DNA of 22,393 nucleotides, from the IMG/VR virus record IMGVR_UViG_3300021976_000009; one strand, given 5' to 3'. The position numbers were made by a program, and so were the translations under genes. Shown here in pieces: positions 7,418 through 15,634 of the stretch. Every line of letters starts with the position of its first letter. Position 1 is the stretch's first letter. This stretch comes from an uncultured virus (IMG/VR IMGVR_UViG_3300021976_000009) (taxonomy: Duplodnaviria > Heunggongvirae > Uroviricota > Caudoviricetes). The notes below the pieces were generated by a model. The model was not told the DNA's origin. It ran no database searches and was given only the letters and a program-made list of their open reading frames with translations.

Positions 7418-7650
7418 TCAGGACGTATGTCGGTAGAGTGAACAACCGCCGAGTTGAAATTCGTGGAGAAACTCTAATAGACGCAATGGAGCGAGCAGGA
7501 TATATTCCTCGCACTAAAGCAACTAGCACGGGACGTATCCTGGGCATATTGTCAACGGGACAGCGATACACTTTCAGGATCGCACCCGATAGCAGTTTTC
7601 ATAAGCCAGTTACCAATGACAAACATCCATCTCAGGATCATGACCGATGA
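7414..7650 (+). CDS. Hypothetical protein
   Basis: ATGA overlap. Confidence 0.65.
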   Translation: MIRTYVGRVNNRRVEIRGETLIDAMERAGYIPRTKATSTGRILGILSTGQRYTFRIAPDSSFHKPVTNDKHPSQDHDR

Positions 7651-7817
7651 AAATTTTAGTTTCACCTGATTTGTTAATGGAACTCGCAACTCAAGTAAAC
7701 GAATTTGATCGAGAGTTTGCTATCGAAATGCGATATATCGCAGTTATTGTTAATGTTCAAGGAATCTGTAAAGTGCAACGGCCTAACGGTATGCTTCTTA
7801 TTTACTATAAGGAATAA
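7647..7817 (+). CDS. 56-aa hypothetical protein (not in ORF track)
   Basis: ATGA overlap; MKILVSPDLLMELATQ...YYKE. Confidence 0.6.
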   Translation: MKILVSPDLLMELATQVNEFDREFAIEMRYIAVIVNVQGICKVQRPNGMLLIYYKE

Positions 7818-7820
7818 ATA

Positions 7821-8051
7821 ATGAAAATTAATCCCGCACAGTTGCATTTTATTGGATGGCGTATTCGGCCCAGTTACGTCAATCAATTACTCATTGATTC
7901 TATTAGAGAAGAGGGTCAACGAGTACCAATTAGAGTTAGACCGAAAGGAAAAAGTTATGTATTTAATGATGGCATGTGTCGAGTGGCCACATGCATCATT
8001 CTCGGGATTGATGTTGAGTGCATACTAATTGACAATGATCAGCTTCTATGA
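7821..8051 (+). CDS. Stand-alone ParB N-terminal (ParBc/Srx-like) domain protein
   Basis: LIDSIREEGQRVPIRVR....Y...DGMCRV....LG matches ParBc L..SI...G...PI.V......Y...DG..R......LG. Confidence 0.7.
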   Translation: MKINPAQLHFIGWRIRPSYVNQLLIDSIREEGQRVPIRVRPKGKSYVFNDGMCRVATCIILGIDVECILIDNDQLL

Positions 8052-8682
8052 AAGGATAGTTCCAGTGAACGCTTTTGACGTTTTAGCAGTGAAAAAGTAT
8101 GAGCCAAATTACGCCATCCGCTATAAAGTGGGCGGCAATCCAATGATCATGGGAGAAGATAAGATTATATGGTCCTTAACGGACAAATATTTCAAAGTCG
8201 TTGAATCCTCTCTCGCACGTAAGTACGGAGATTGGGAAGCGATGATGCCTTCCGATGCTCATTATCTTCTCGTTGCAGCGGCCAAAGCAGGCCAAGGTTA
8301 CTTAGAATTCATGGGTCGTGAGATCATGATCATGACCCCGGTGGATGGCGTCAACCTAATGCCACATCAAGTAAAGGATAATGCAGCAAAGCCGGTAACT
8401 CGTTCTCCCGTTACCCGCACTACGTTAAGATCAGCGGGCCAAGTTGCGGAAGCACTTGGCAAAGCAATTGAAGGCTACTTACCAATTGACAAAATTAAAG
8501 CGGATGCTGCTCTAAAAGAGTTGATCTGGATTGCTAAAAATGTTTCCTGGGAGAGTAAAGCGAATAGACATTTATTCGAGTCGAGGGGGACCGATGAACG
8601 TCAGGAACGAACGGCTTCAGGCAATCGAGAACCTGAAGGTAGCGAAGGTGGTGGGAATCCCCCACCTGATAAGCCATTGTGA
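8035..8682 (+). CDS. Hypothetical protein
   Basis: 215-aa ORF. Confidence 0.7.
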   Translation: MISFYERIVPVNAFDVLAVKKYEPNYAIRYKVGGNPMIMGEDKIIWSLTDKYFKVVESSLARKYGDWEAMMPSDAHYLLVAAAKAGQGYLEFMGREIMIMTPVDGVNLMPHQVKDNAAKPVTRSPVTRTTLRSAGQVAEALGKAIEGYLPIDKIKADAALKELIWIAKNVSWESKANRHLFESRGTDERQERTASGNREPEGSEGGGNPPPDKPL

Positions 8683-8782
8683 TGGTATTCTGTCGGCTCT
8701 TATTGCCGAGGAAGAAGTAAGCCATGTTCAACTTAACCGAACGAACGTTGATCTTCGGAGGGAAAACCCTTCCCATAGTTAA
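8594..8782 (+). CDS. Hypothetical protein
   Basis: GAGGGGG before ATG 8594; overlaps both neighbours. Confidence 0.4.
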   Translation: MNVRNERLQAIENLKVAKVVGIPHLISHCDGILSALIAEEEVSHVQLNRTNVDLRRENPSHS

Positions 8783-8942
8783 GTGGGAAGTTTGGTTCAT
8801 GACCCCTTTTGGGCTCATCGCTGATTTGCAGGAGGCGAATCAGCGATGTATAGACAACGATATGAATCCTAATCAGGTCGTCTCCCCGGTGCCTGTTGCA
8901 TTGGACAGTGACGAACGTTACGAAGTTATCTTACGAGGATGA
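8724..8942 (+). CDS. Hypothetical protein
   Basis: GAGGAAG upstream. Confidence 0.65.
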   Translation: MFNLTERTLIFGGKTLPIVKWEVWFMTPFGLIADLQEANQRCIDNDMNPNQVVSPVPVALDSDERYEVILRG

Positions 8943-8943
8943 A

Positions 8944-9294
8944 ATGGGTCCGGAATATACCAAGGGTACACCTACTTTAAGAGAGAAACTCAATATCATG
9001 TTAGATGATGTTGAGATTACTCCGGAACAAAAAGCTATCATTATCGGGAGGATAATGGGCCTTACCCGTCCAGGGACGAATGACATTGTTCATCAGATCG
9101 GTCCCAATGGATTCCATCGGTTAGTAATCAGTGGAGAGAAATCTCCCTGGTCTCCTCAAACAGATATCATCAGGGTGGGTGATATCGTAGCATCGACCGA
9201 TGCATACATTAACCTACTTCCACAGGTAGGTAGGGTGTACGCTTTCAAAGGAAAAGATTTCCGAACAGAATCTGTCCAAACTCTAATAGACTAA
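8944..9294 (+). CDS. Hypothetical protein
   Basis: GAGGA before ATG 8944. Confidence 0.65.
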   Translation: MGPEYTKGTPTLREKLNIMLDDVEITPEQKAIIIGRIMGLTRPGTNDIVHQIGPNGFHRLVISGEKSPWSPQTDIIRVGDIVASTDAYINLLPQVGRVYAFKGKDFRTESVQTLID

Positions 9295-9312
9295 GGGACA
9301 AGGGAGCGTAAT

Positions 9313-9618
9313 ATGGAAGTTCCGGATAAGTTACTTGAGATGGCAGTGAAAGCTTATGGCGAGAGTGTACGCCAAACATGGAAACAGGGCGGTCGGAAAC
9401 CGAAACTCTATAAGAAAACCCAGGAGCAAAAGATAGTCGACAAGACCGTGCTGACTACATACCTGGATATTCTTTCCAGAGTATTTGATGTCACAGGAGG
9501 ATTATTCACTTTGATGGAGATGGCGGAAAAATCGAAAATTATCAATGAATCCGGAAAGCATTGCGACGATCCTTATCCGGTTGAAATGGACAAACTTATA
9601 GTGAAAGGGAAAGGCTAA
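9313..9618 (+). CDS. Hypothetical protein
   Basis: AGGGAG RBS. Confidence 0.7.
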   Translation: MEVPDKLLEMAVKAYGESVRQTWKQGGRKPKLYKKTQEQKIVDKTVLTTYLDILSRVFDVTGGLFTLMEMAEKSKIINESGKHCDDPYPVEMDKLIVKGKG

Positions 9619-10688
9619 TGGCCAGTCGCCGTAGTTTCCTCATGCTTGCTCACACTTACAGTCCGAAGAAACACAAAGTGAAAGGTTGGTACGCTTCAGA
9701 AAAATTGGATGGGATTAGGGCACTCTGGGACGGAGGTATTAGTCGTGGCTTACTCAAAACCGAAGTACCCTTTGCCAATCATGAAAAGGACTCTCGGTTT
9801 GTCCGACCACCAATTGCTACTGGCCTCTGGAGTCGTTACGGTAATATTATCCATGCTCCTGATTGGTTTCTTGACCAATTGCCAGATTATCCTCTCGATG
9901 GGGAATTATTTAGTGACCGTCGATCTTGGCAAACCCTCAGTACAGTGGTCAAACGAATCGTCCCCGATGAAACCGCCTGGAAAGCGGTAAGTTATAACGT
10001 GTTTAATCTGCCCAATTACAGTATGATTTTTCAAACGGGATTGATCAATGATCCAAATTTCGTTAAAAACTTTATTCATGATGACCTTTATCGGTGGGCG
10101 ATGACACGAACCAAAACACTGCCACGATATATGGCCTTTAAACAGGTTGTCCCTACTCTATTAGATTTGTTCAGAGACCATTCGATCATCAAACCGATAG
10201 TGCAAACTCCTATCATTGATGAGGAAGATATTACCCTTCGGTTACGAGATGTTCTTGCTCTTGGCGGCGAAGGGATTATGCTAGCCGATCCCAATTCATA
10301 TTGGGAAGCGAAACGTTCTCATCATCTTGTGAAAGTCAAACCCGAGAATGATGATGAAGCTATCGTCACAGGGTATGTTTGGGGAAGGCAAACTGACAAG
10401 GGCTCGAAGCTTCTTGGCATGATGGGTGCTCTAGTAACGGATTACAAAGGGAAACGTTTCGAGCTTTCCGGATTTACCGATAATGAAAGGAAAATGTGTT
10501 ACAAAGAACTTAAGATCGGTGGACATGATCATGCCTACGTAAATGGATGTGCTCATCCTGGCGAGGATGTTGATAATGCATTTCACAACCCAGAGTTTCC
10601 AATTGGAACAGTAATCAGTTTCAAGTATAGAGAACTCAGTGATGACGGTTTGCCCAAAGAAGGGCGTTACTGGAGAAAGCGAAACTGA
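9618..10688 (+). CDS. lig: ATP-dependent DNA ligase (minimal adenylation + OB fold)
   Basis: SEKLDGIR (motif I), LDGELF (III), EGIML (IV), VKVKP (V), C-terminal OB fold. Confidence 0.93.
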   Translation: MASRRSFLMLAHTYSPKKHKVKGWYASEKLDGIRALWDGGISRGLLKTEVPFANHEKDSRFVRPPIATGLWSRYGNIIHAPDWFLDQLPDYPLDGELFSDRRSWQTLSTVVKRIVPDETAWKAVSYNVFNLPNYSMIFQTGLINDPNFVKNFIHDDLYRWAMTRTKTLPRYMAFKQVVPTLLDLFRDHSIIKPIVQTPIIDEEDITLRLRDVLALGGEGIMLADPNSYWEAKRSHHLVKVKPENDDEAIVTGYVWGRQTDKGSKLLGMMGALVTDYKGKRFELSGFTDNERKMCYKELKIGGHDHAYVNGCAHPGEDVDNAFHNPEFPIGTVISFKYRELSDDGLPKEGRYWRKRN

Positions 10689-10897
10689 TGAAGGAAAAAG
10701 GAAAGTGCAATCACATTTATCAGGAAATGCGGCTTTTACTTCCTTTGATTCCAATAGATGGACAACCTATGGAAATATGCTATAAATGTTATCAGCGTGA
10801 AATGTTTTTAAGGGAACGTTATTTTCCGAAAAGTGAACGACCAAAGTGGCACGAGCTTCCTCTATTAGAGAAAGGAAAGGAAAATGAAAGCGATTGA
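10688..10897 (+). CDS. Small Zn-binding hypothetical protein
   Basis: CNH...CYKC; TGATG coupling. Confidence 0.6.
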   Translation: MKEKGKCNHIYQEMRLLLPLIPIDGQPMEICYKCYQREMFLRERYFPKSERPKWHELPLLEKGKENESD

Positions 10898-11324
10898 TAA
10901 TTGGCAGGATTTGGAGTGGTATGGCATCTTTCGTCTAACAGGAGAAGCCTGTCCATTCGGTATGCGACAGTTATGCGATTTGACAGAAAAGGGTGCCATT
11001 ATCATTCGGAGCTTTTTCGGATTAGCTCCGGATGCCAAGTTTCAAGCCAATTGGAATAGTGGAGCAAGTTGTTCCACTATGATTCCTATCAGTTTGCTTG
11101 ATGATCTGAAAGTGTTTTGTCTCTTCTCCGATGGAGCAGCCAAGGTCCTATTACTTAAGGATGGTAGTGCATTTGGCTATTATCCCGAGGATACTGAACA
11201 GGATTATCTTGATCATTGGCGTATACTAATGGCCGGAGGTTCGTTAGAGCGCGATTACGTTCCAACAGCGGGACCACGCTTAGGAACAAGAATGATTCAC
11301 GGGATGTCCGGGAGGTCAGAATGA
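10884..11324 (+). CDS. Hypothetical protein
   Basis: TCTATTAGA-GAAAGGAAAGGA leader; LTGEAC..MR.LCDL. Confidence 0.75.
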   Translation: MKAIDNWQDLEWYGIFRLTGEACPFGMRQLCDLTEKGAIIIRSFFGLAPDAKFQANWNSGASCSTMIPISLLDDLKVFCLFSDGAAKVLLLKDGSAFGYYPEDTEQDYLDHWRILMAGGSLERDYVPTAGPRLGTRMIHGMSGRSE

Positions 11325-11482
11325 ACGCTTTAATGTTTGGTCTCGTTCTCGGTACCGGATTTATAATTGGTTGGTTGGCAAGAATTTATGGAGAAATACG
11401 AGAACGTGATGCAAAATCTATTAGAGAAGAGGATGACGCTTACCAGAACGAATTACCCATGGACCAAGAGGACTTTTACTAA
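11321..11482 (+). CDS. Small single-TM protein
   Basis: GGAGG RBS, ATGA overlap; MNALMFGLVLGTGFIIGWLA. Confidence 0.65.
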   Translation: MNALMFGLVLGTGFIIGWLARIYGEIRERDAKSIREEDDAYQNELPMDQEDFY

Positions 11483-11673
11483 TGCGTGAGAGCTTGGAAC
11501 AATTCATCGTGAAAGAAGCAACCACATTGCTCAAGGAAACAGAAAGCTATGATGATGCCCTGCTCTATGCCGAGGATATCGTTAATGATGCGGTAAAGAA
11601 ATTTCCTGGCCCCCTCAAAGAGTCCATCGAGAAGATGGTAGTTGAGGAACTTAAGAAACAGGCAATGCGATGA
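11482..11673 (+). CDS. Hypothetical protein
   Basis: TAATG coupling. Confidence 0.7.
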   Translation: MRESLEQFIVKEATTLLKETESYDDALLYAEDIVNDAVKKFPGPLKESIEKMVVEELKKQAMR

Positions 11674-11840
11674 AAGATATTGAAGAATATCTTCGTGAGA
11701 AAATCGCTGCCCTTGTCTATGAGGAAGAGTACGCTCAAACTCAGAAAGAAATTCTTGATGAGGCTATTGTACTCTTTCCTGATCGAACTGATACCGTCTA
11801 TTTATTGTATCAAACGATAGTGGAGGAACTAACAGCATGA
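11670..11840 (+). CDS. 56-aa acidic hypothetical protein (not in ORF track)
   Basis: ATGA overlaps at both ends. Confidence 0.7.
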   Translation: MKDIEEYLREKIAALVYEEEYAQTQKEILDEAIVLFPDRTDTVYLLYQTIVEELTA

Positions 11841-12838
11841 GGATACCTACATACCTTTCGCCAAGTGCCATTGCAAAATGGGAAACTTCGGTGGAGGGAT
11901 TCTATCTCCATTATTTAACGGATAATCCACCACCAAGGGAGCAACAAAATCAGGCGATGGCGATTGGATCATCCTTCGATGCCTATGTCAAAGCCTTTTT
12001 GCATGAGAAGTTGTTCGGCAAAAGTCACACTGACTCTAATAGATTCGGATTACGTGCGTTGCTTGAGGCTCAAGTGGAGCCGCAACATCGCGATTGGGCA
12101 AAACGCCACGGATTGTACGCTTTCCAGGTATATCAATCTTCCGGAGCACTGTTAGATTTACTTTCGGACCTTCAGGCGGCTCAAAAGGAACCACGTTTTG
12201 AATTTGAAGTAAAGGGACAGGTTGACGGCTATCGTGAAGGTGTTATGAAGGAGATGGAGGGCGTCATCTTCCTTGGCAAACCTGATGCCGCCTATATCAA
12301 TCGGGATGGGAAACATATCATCCTGGATTGGAAAGTGAATGGGTATTGTTCAAATTACGCTACGTCACCTAAGCCTGGATATGTTCGTCTCCGTGGTATG
12401 GGTGGTCGCAGTTGGGGAATGCACAAAGGCTGTTCTCCAATGGAAATTGGCGGAATCACTGTCAATATCGCCTCGACTTTGGAGCATTGTGATGAGGGAT
12501 GGGCTCGGCAACTTGCCATCTATGGTTGGCTTTGCGATGAGCCCGTTGGAAGTGATTTCATCGTAGCCATTGATCAATTGAGTTGTAAGCCTTCCGGAAT
12601 GGCTGACATTCCTCCGGAGATCAGGGTAGCGGAACATCGTATACGTATTGGAAAAGAGTATCAATTCAAGGTGTTCAATAGAGCAAAAGAAATCTGGTCC
12701 ATTATTAAAAGTGGACATATTTTCAGACAGATGAGTGAGGGAGATTCCAAGGCACGTTGTCAGTTACTAGATCAACAGGCCGAAGAACTTTACGGCCCTA
12801 ACGCCGATAGTGATTTCCTGGAAATGACTCGGCGATAA
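11837..12838 (+). CDS. PD-(D/E)XK (RecB/Cas4-like) exonuclease
   Basis: YLSPS, GSSFD, GKPD...IILDWK, QLAIY motifs. Confidence 0.85.
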   Translation: MRIPTYLSPSAIAKWETSVEGFYLHYLTDNPPPREQQNQAMAIGSSFDAYVKAFLHEKLFGKSHTDSNRFGLRALLEAQVEPQHRDWAKRHGLYAFQVYQSSGALLDLLSDLQAAQKEPRFEFEVKGQVDGYREGVMKEMEGVIFLGKPDAAYINRDGKHIILDWKVNGYCSNYATSPKPGYVRLRGMGGRSWGMHKGCSPMEIGGITVNIASTLEHCDEGWARQLAIYGWLCDEPVGSDFIVAIDQLSCKPSGMADIPPEIRVAEHRIRIGKEYQFKVFNRAKEIWSIIKSGHIFRQMSEGDSKARCQLLDQQAEELYGPNADSDFLEMTRR

Positions 12839-12846
12839 ATATAGGG

Positions 12847-12870
12847 ACAACATTCAGTATTGGGTGTTGT
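12847..12870 (+). other. Intergenic hairpin
   Basis: ACAACATTCA-GTAT-TGGGTGTTGT (with G-U pairs) just before a TCTATTAGA. Confidence 0.45.
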
Positions 12871-12896
12871 AAATCTATTAGAGAAGGGGAAATCAG

Positions 12897-13304
12897 TTGA
12901 AGAAGTTCGTACTGTTCGTGTTGGCATTGGTGATCATGGGAGCTTCGGCGGAGGCCGGATGTGGCGAACGTCAGGCCAAGAGGCTCGCTAGGAAGCAGGC
13001 TAAGCTCATGGCCAAGATGAGCGTTGGCGGTGGTTGCTATGGTGGCGGGGGAGCAGCTTTCTCCTACCACTCCGAAGCCGCAACGGTTCCGGTAGCGGTA
13101 GCAGCTCCCTGTGCAACGGCCAGCTATTCGGCTGAGTCCTACTCCTACCAGAGCCAGAGCAATGGGTTCGCTACCGTGCAGGTGGCTCCCGGTCCCGGCC
13201 CCGGGCCAATGCCATCGCCACAGAGTGGTCCGCCGCCAGTGATTCAAACACCTCCGGTGCCATTGAAGTCAATGCCCCCTGTTCCGTCTAAGCAGGGCGG
13301 TTAA
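12897..13304 (+). CDS. Secreted low-complexity protein (signal peptide, Gly/Ala/Ser-rich middle, Pro-rich tail)
   Basis: MKKFVLFVLALVIMGASAEA signal peptide with AxA site; TTG start after AAGGGG. Confidence 0.75.
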   Translation: MKKFVLFVLALVIMGASAEAGCGERQAKRLARKQAKLMAKMSVGGGCYGGGGAAFSYHSEAATVPVAVAAPCATASYSAESYSYQSQSNGFATVQVAPGPGPGPMPSPQSGPPPVIQTPPVPLKSMPPVPSKQGG

Positions 13305-13314
13305 CACATTCCCA

Positions 13315-13330
13315 GGGCCACGGATGGCCC
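13315..13330 (+). promoter_or_regulatory. GGA-loop hairpin (CsrA-type site)
   Basis: GGGCC-ACGGAT-GGCCC upstream of AAAGGA RBS; TCTAATAGA at 13361. Confidence 0.6.
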
Positions 13331-13352
13331 ACTTTCTAAAGGAAAATGTCAT

Positions 13353-13580
13353 ATGAAAACTCTAATAGACACGGCGACTCGTACTCCGGTACATGAAATT
13401 GCTCCGGGTGATGTATTCCAACTCGTTGAAGGAAATATTCATAACCCTCATGTGCGAATTGCAAGTAACTCACCGCACCTATCCGCAGTAGGTGGCAGAG
13501 TTTACTCTTTGCAAGGGGGTATTATTCATGAACATGATCCAGAAACGATTGTGTTCATCATGACAGTATCAAAGGCTTAA
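13353..13580 (+). CDS. Hypothetical protein
   Basis: AAAGGA RBS. Confidence 0.7.
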   Translation: MKTLIDTATRTPVHEIAPGDVFQLVEGNIHNPHVRIASNSPHLSAVGGRVYSLQGGIIHEHDPETIVFIMTVSKA

Positions 13581-13627
13581 TTCTATTAGAGTATTAGGGT
13601 ATCAAAGTTAGGAGTTAGGAGTTATCA

Positions 13628-14011
13628 ATGCCGATGAAACTTGCCACCGTTTACAAAATCACTCACAACAGATATAGTTTCATGGCTGAGTGTAAGCCCT
13701 ATGGTGCCGTTGGCACTACTGAAATGGAAGCATTGGCAAATCTCCAGGAGCTTTTGGATTTTCCAGGTGATGATAATCAGGATATTCCGCCAGATGATAC
13801 CGTTTGTCCGGAGTTCATCAGCTTCATACAAAGACAGATTTGGTTTGCCGCCTATCAAGTTGACGATTTGGAGCAAGCTACTTACCTAGAAGATACGCTC
13901 TTATCTGAGGTTCTTCATGAGATCGCTCGTAATCCCTCGGTTAATCCGAAGGAACTGGCGGAGTTGGTGTTGAAAACTAAGCGGTGGTCATTCAAGAGGC
14001 TACGACTCTAA
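13628..14011 (+). CDS. Protein with HicB-antitoxin-like N-terminal region
   Basis: FMAEC....AVGTTEMEALANLQELL resembles HicB G.T.EEAL.NL.E.L. Confidence 0.5.
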   Translation: MPMKLATVYKITHNRYSFMAECKPYGAVGTTEMEALANLQELLDFPGDDNQDIPPDDTVCPEFISFIQRQIWFAAYQVDDLEQATYLEDTLLSEVLHEIARNPSVNPKELAELVLKTKRWSFKRLRL

Positions 14012-14421
14012 TGGAGAATGATGACATGACAGGACGTGAAGGCGAAATCGTCACCCGAGAGATCGAAGATGGCCAATGGGAAGCCCATCTCAAGGACAAT
14101 CGGGATGATCTTTGGTTGGGTGCCACCGAGCAAGAAGCTCGTGAGAAGGCATTGAAAAACTCCATTGAGAAAAAGATCAGTAATCCCAATGATCCGGCAC
14201 CTGTGGTGACTCAAAAGATCGAGGCCAGGGTCAATCGGCTTATTGCCAAGGAACTGAAATCGACCATCGTTCATGGTGGCGTGGCCTGTACTCACGTTGC
14301 CTATCGGGAAGACAATCCCGAAGTGCAACATTACGGACAGGATGTCACGTCAGCGAAAAAAGCCTTTTTAGAGGCCGAGCGTCAAGCTGAGATCGACGCC
14401 CCAATCTTCAAAAACCCATGA
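14011..14421 (+). CDS. Protein with two HicB-like repeats
   Basis: EDGQWEAHLKD......GATEQEAREKA and HVAYREDNPEVQHYGQDVTSAKKA. Confidence 0.5.
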   Translation: MENDDMTGREGEIVTREIEDGQWEAHLKDNRDDLWLGATEQEAREKALKNSIEKKISNPNDPAPVVTQKIEARVNRLIAKELKSTIVHGGVACTHVAYREDNPEVQHYGQDVTSAKKAFLEAERQAEIDAPIFKNP

Positions 14422-14445
14422 CCATACGGAGAAGGGATCATAATC

Positions 14446-14700
14446 ATGGGCGATGATGGTCCCTTCTCCGATAGATTTCGTCAATTAGTTGATATTGGTG
14501 CAACTAATTGTGCAACCCGCCGTCGTTTCTGGGAAAATCTAAAAGAGAATGGCTTTGAGTTTGCCTTTAAGAAGTATCTCAAGCGAAGCAAGAACGTATT
14601 TACTGCTAACTTAGTTAAGGAATGCTATGAGCGAGAAAAACGGCAGTATCCCAATCGCGGAACTTCGGAAAAATCTAGCGAGAGCAACTCGCACGCTTGA
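14446..14700 (+). CDS. Hypothetical protein
   Basis: AAGGGA upstream. Confidence 0.55.
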   Translation: MGDDGPFSDRFRQLVDIGATNCATRRRFWENLKENGFEFAFKKYLKRSKNVFTANLVKECYEREKRQYPNRGTSEKSSESNSHA

Positions 14701-14878
14701 AAAAGCGGCCCTCGATCGACATCAATTGCAGCGAGCCATTGAGGAGATTGAAAATCGTTGTGTACACAACTGGAGTAGGAATCAACTGGTCAAAGGAACT
14801 CAAGATCAGTTTTACAGGGAATGTTCAATCTGCGGCAAAACACAAAAGTCCAAGGATGTGAAAGTGAAATTCGACTAA
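14627..14878 (+). CDS. Coiled-coil + Zn-finger hypothetical protein
   Basis: CVHNW...CSICG; AAGGA RBS. Confidence 0.7.
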   Translation: MSEKNGSIPIAELRKNLARATRTLEKAALDRHQLQRAIEEIENRCVHNWSRNQLVKGTQDQFYRECSICGKTQKSKDVKVKFD

Positions 14879-14884
14879 TTGAAT

Positions 14885-15055
14885 AAGGGCCGTGAGGCCG
14901 AGAGTCTCTGGGTGGCCAACCCGCCCTTTTTTAAGGACGGCTCCTGAAAAGCCAGATTAAACTAACCTTGTTGGTTAGGGAGCCGGGGGAAACAAACTCA
15001 CTGATGGTCTCTTGAACCGCTACTATTAGTGATCCCCCGGCTTTTAGAAGGTTCA
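14885..15055 (+). ncRNA. Putative structured RNA / attenuator
   Basis: AAGGGC/GCCCTT+T tract; GGCTCC/GGAGCC; CTAACC/GGTTAG; AGCCGGGGGA/TCCCCCGGCT; TCACTGATGG/CTATTAGTGA. Confidence 0.5.
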
Positions 15056-15080
15056 TTATCTATTAGAGAAAGTTCGATCA

Positions 15081-15272
15081 ATGAGCAACAACGATGACGA
15101 GTTTCGCATTAGCGAGTTGAAGAAGGAAATTCTTACCATTACGATCAAGCTTGAGGACCTCAAGACTGAAAGGGAAAAGAAATTTATTGAGTTGACTACA
15201 ATCTATGGTGACAGAGTTTGCCCAATTTGTGGTAAATTACGGGCGGAGGAGGACAAAAATGTCGTTCAATGA
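15081..15272 (+). CDS. Hypothetical protein (coiled coil, CPICG)
   Basis: TCTATTAGA-GAAAGTT leader. Confidence 0.7.
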   Translation: MSNNDDEFRISELKKEILTITIKLEDLKTEREKKFIELTTIYGDRVCPICGKLRAEEDKNVVQ

Positions 15273-15465
15273 TATGAGTTGTCCGAAATGTAAAAAGCGG
15301 ATGGGCTGGGTCGGACCCATTCCCGATAAGATAGTATGTATTCGATGTGAATACGTTATCGACATGACGGCTACTAAGAGGGAAATGGACGAAGCTCGAA
15401 AGGAACTTCTCGCTGAGAAGAAAAAGCGAAAGGAGAAGTATGAAGTTCCAGATCAAGATACATAA
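15259..15465 (+). CDS. Zn-ribbon protein
   Basis: GGAGGAGGA RBS; CPKC...CIRC. Confidence 0.7.
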   Translation: MSFNDMSCPKCKKRMGWVGPIPDKIVCIRCEYVIDMTATKREMDEARKELLAEKKKRKEKYEVPDQDT

Positions 15466-15631
15466 CGTCAAGGAGTTGTTCAATGGCGGCTTAGAAATCA
15501 CCGTTTCTGTTAGAACCGTTGACAAAGGAAGGATTCTCTTTCAAGGGGTCGAACACACTAAGGTTATTATGAAGGGTGATAGCCTTAGTTTCGATCTCGA
15601 TAGACTAATCATATTCCCGGAGTTAAATTAA
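15440..15631 (+). CDS. Hypothetical protein
   Basis: AAGGAG RBS. Confidence 0.65.
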   Translation: MKFQIKIHNVKELFNGGLEITVSVRTVDKGRILFQGVEHTKVIMKGDSLSFDLDRLIIFPELN

Positions 15632-15634
15632 CTT

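Noticed and set aside
14940..15010. Hammerhead ribozyme
   Set aside because: Core CUGANGA...GAAA is not present (CTGATGG, CTGAAAA)
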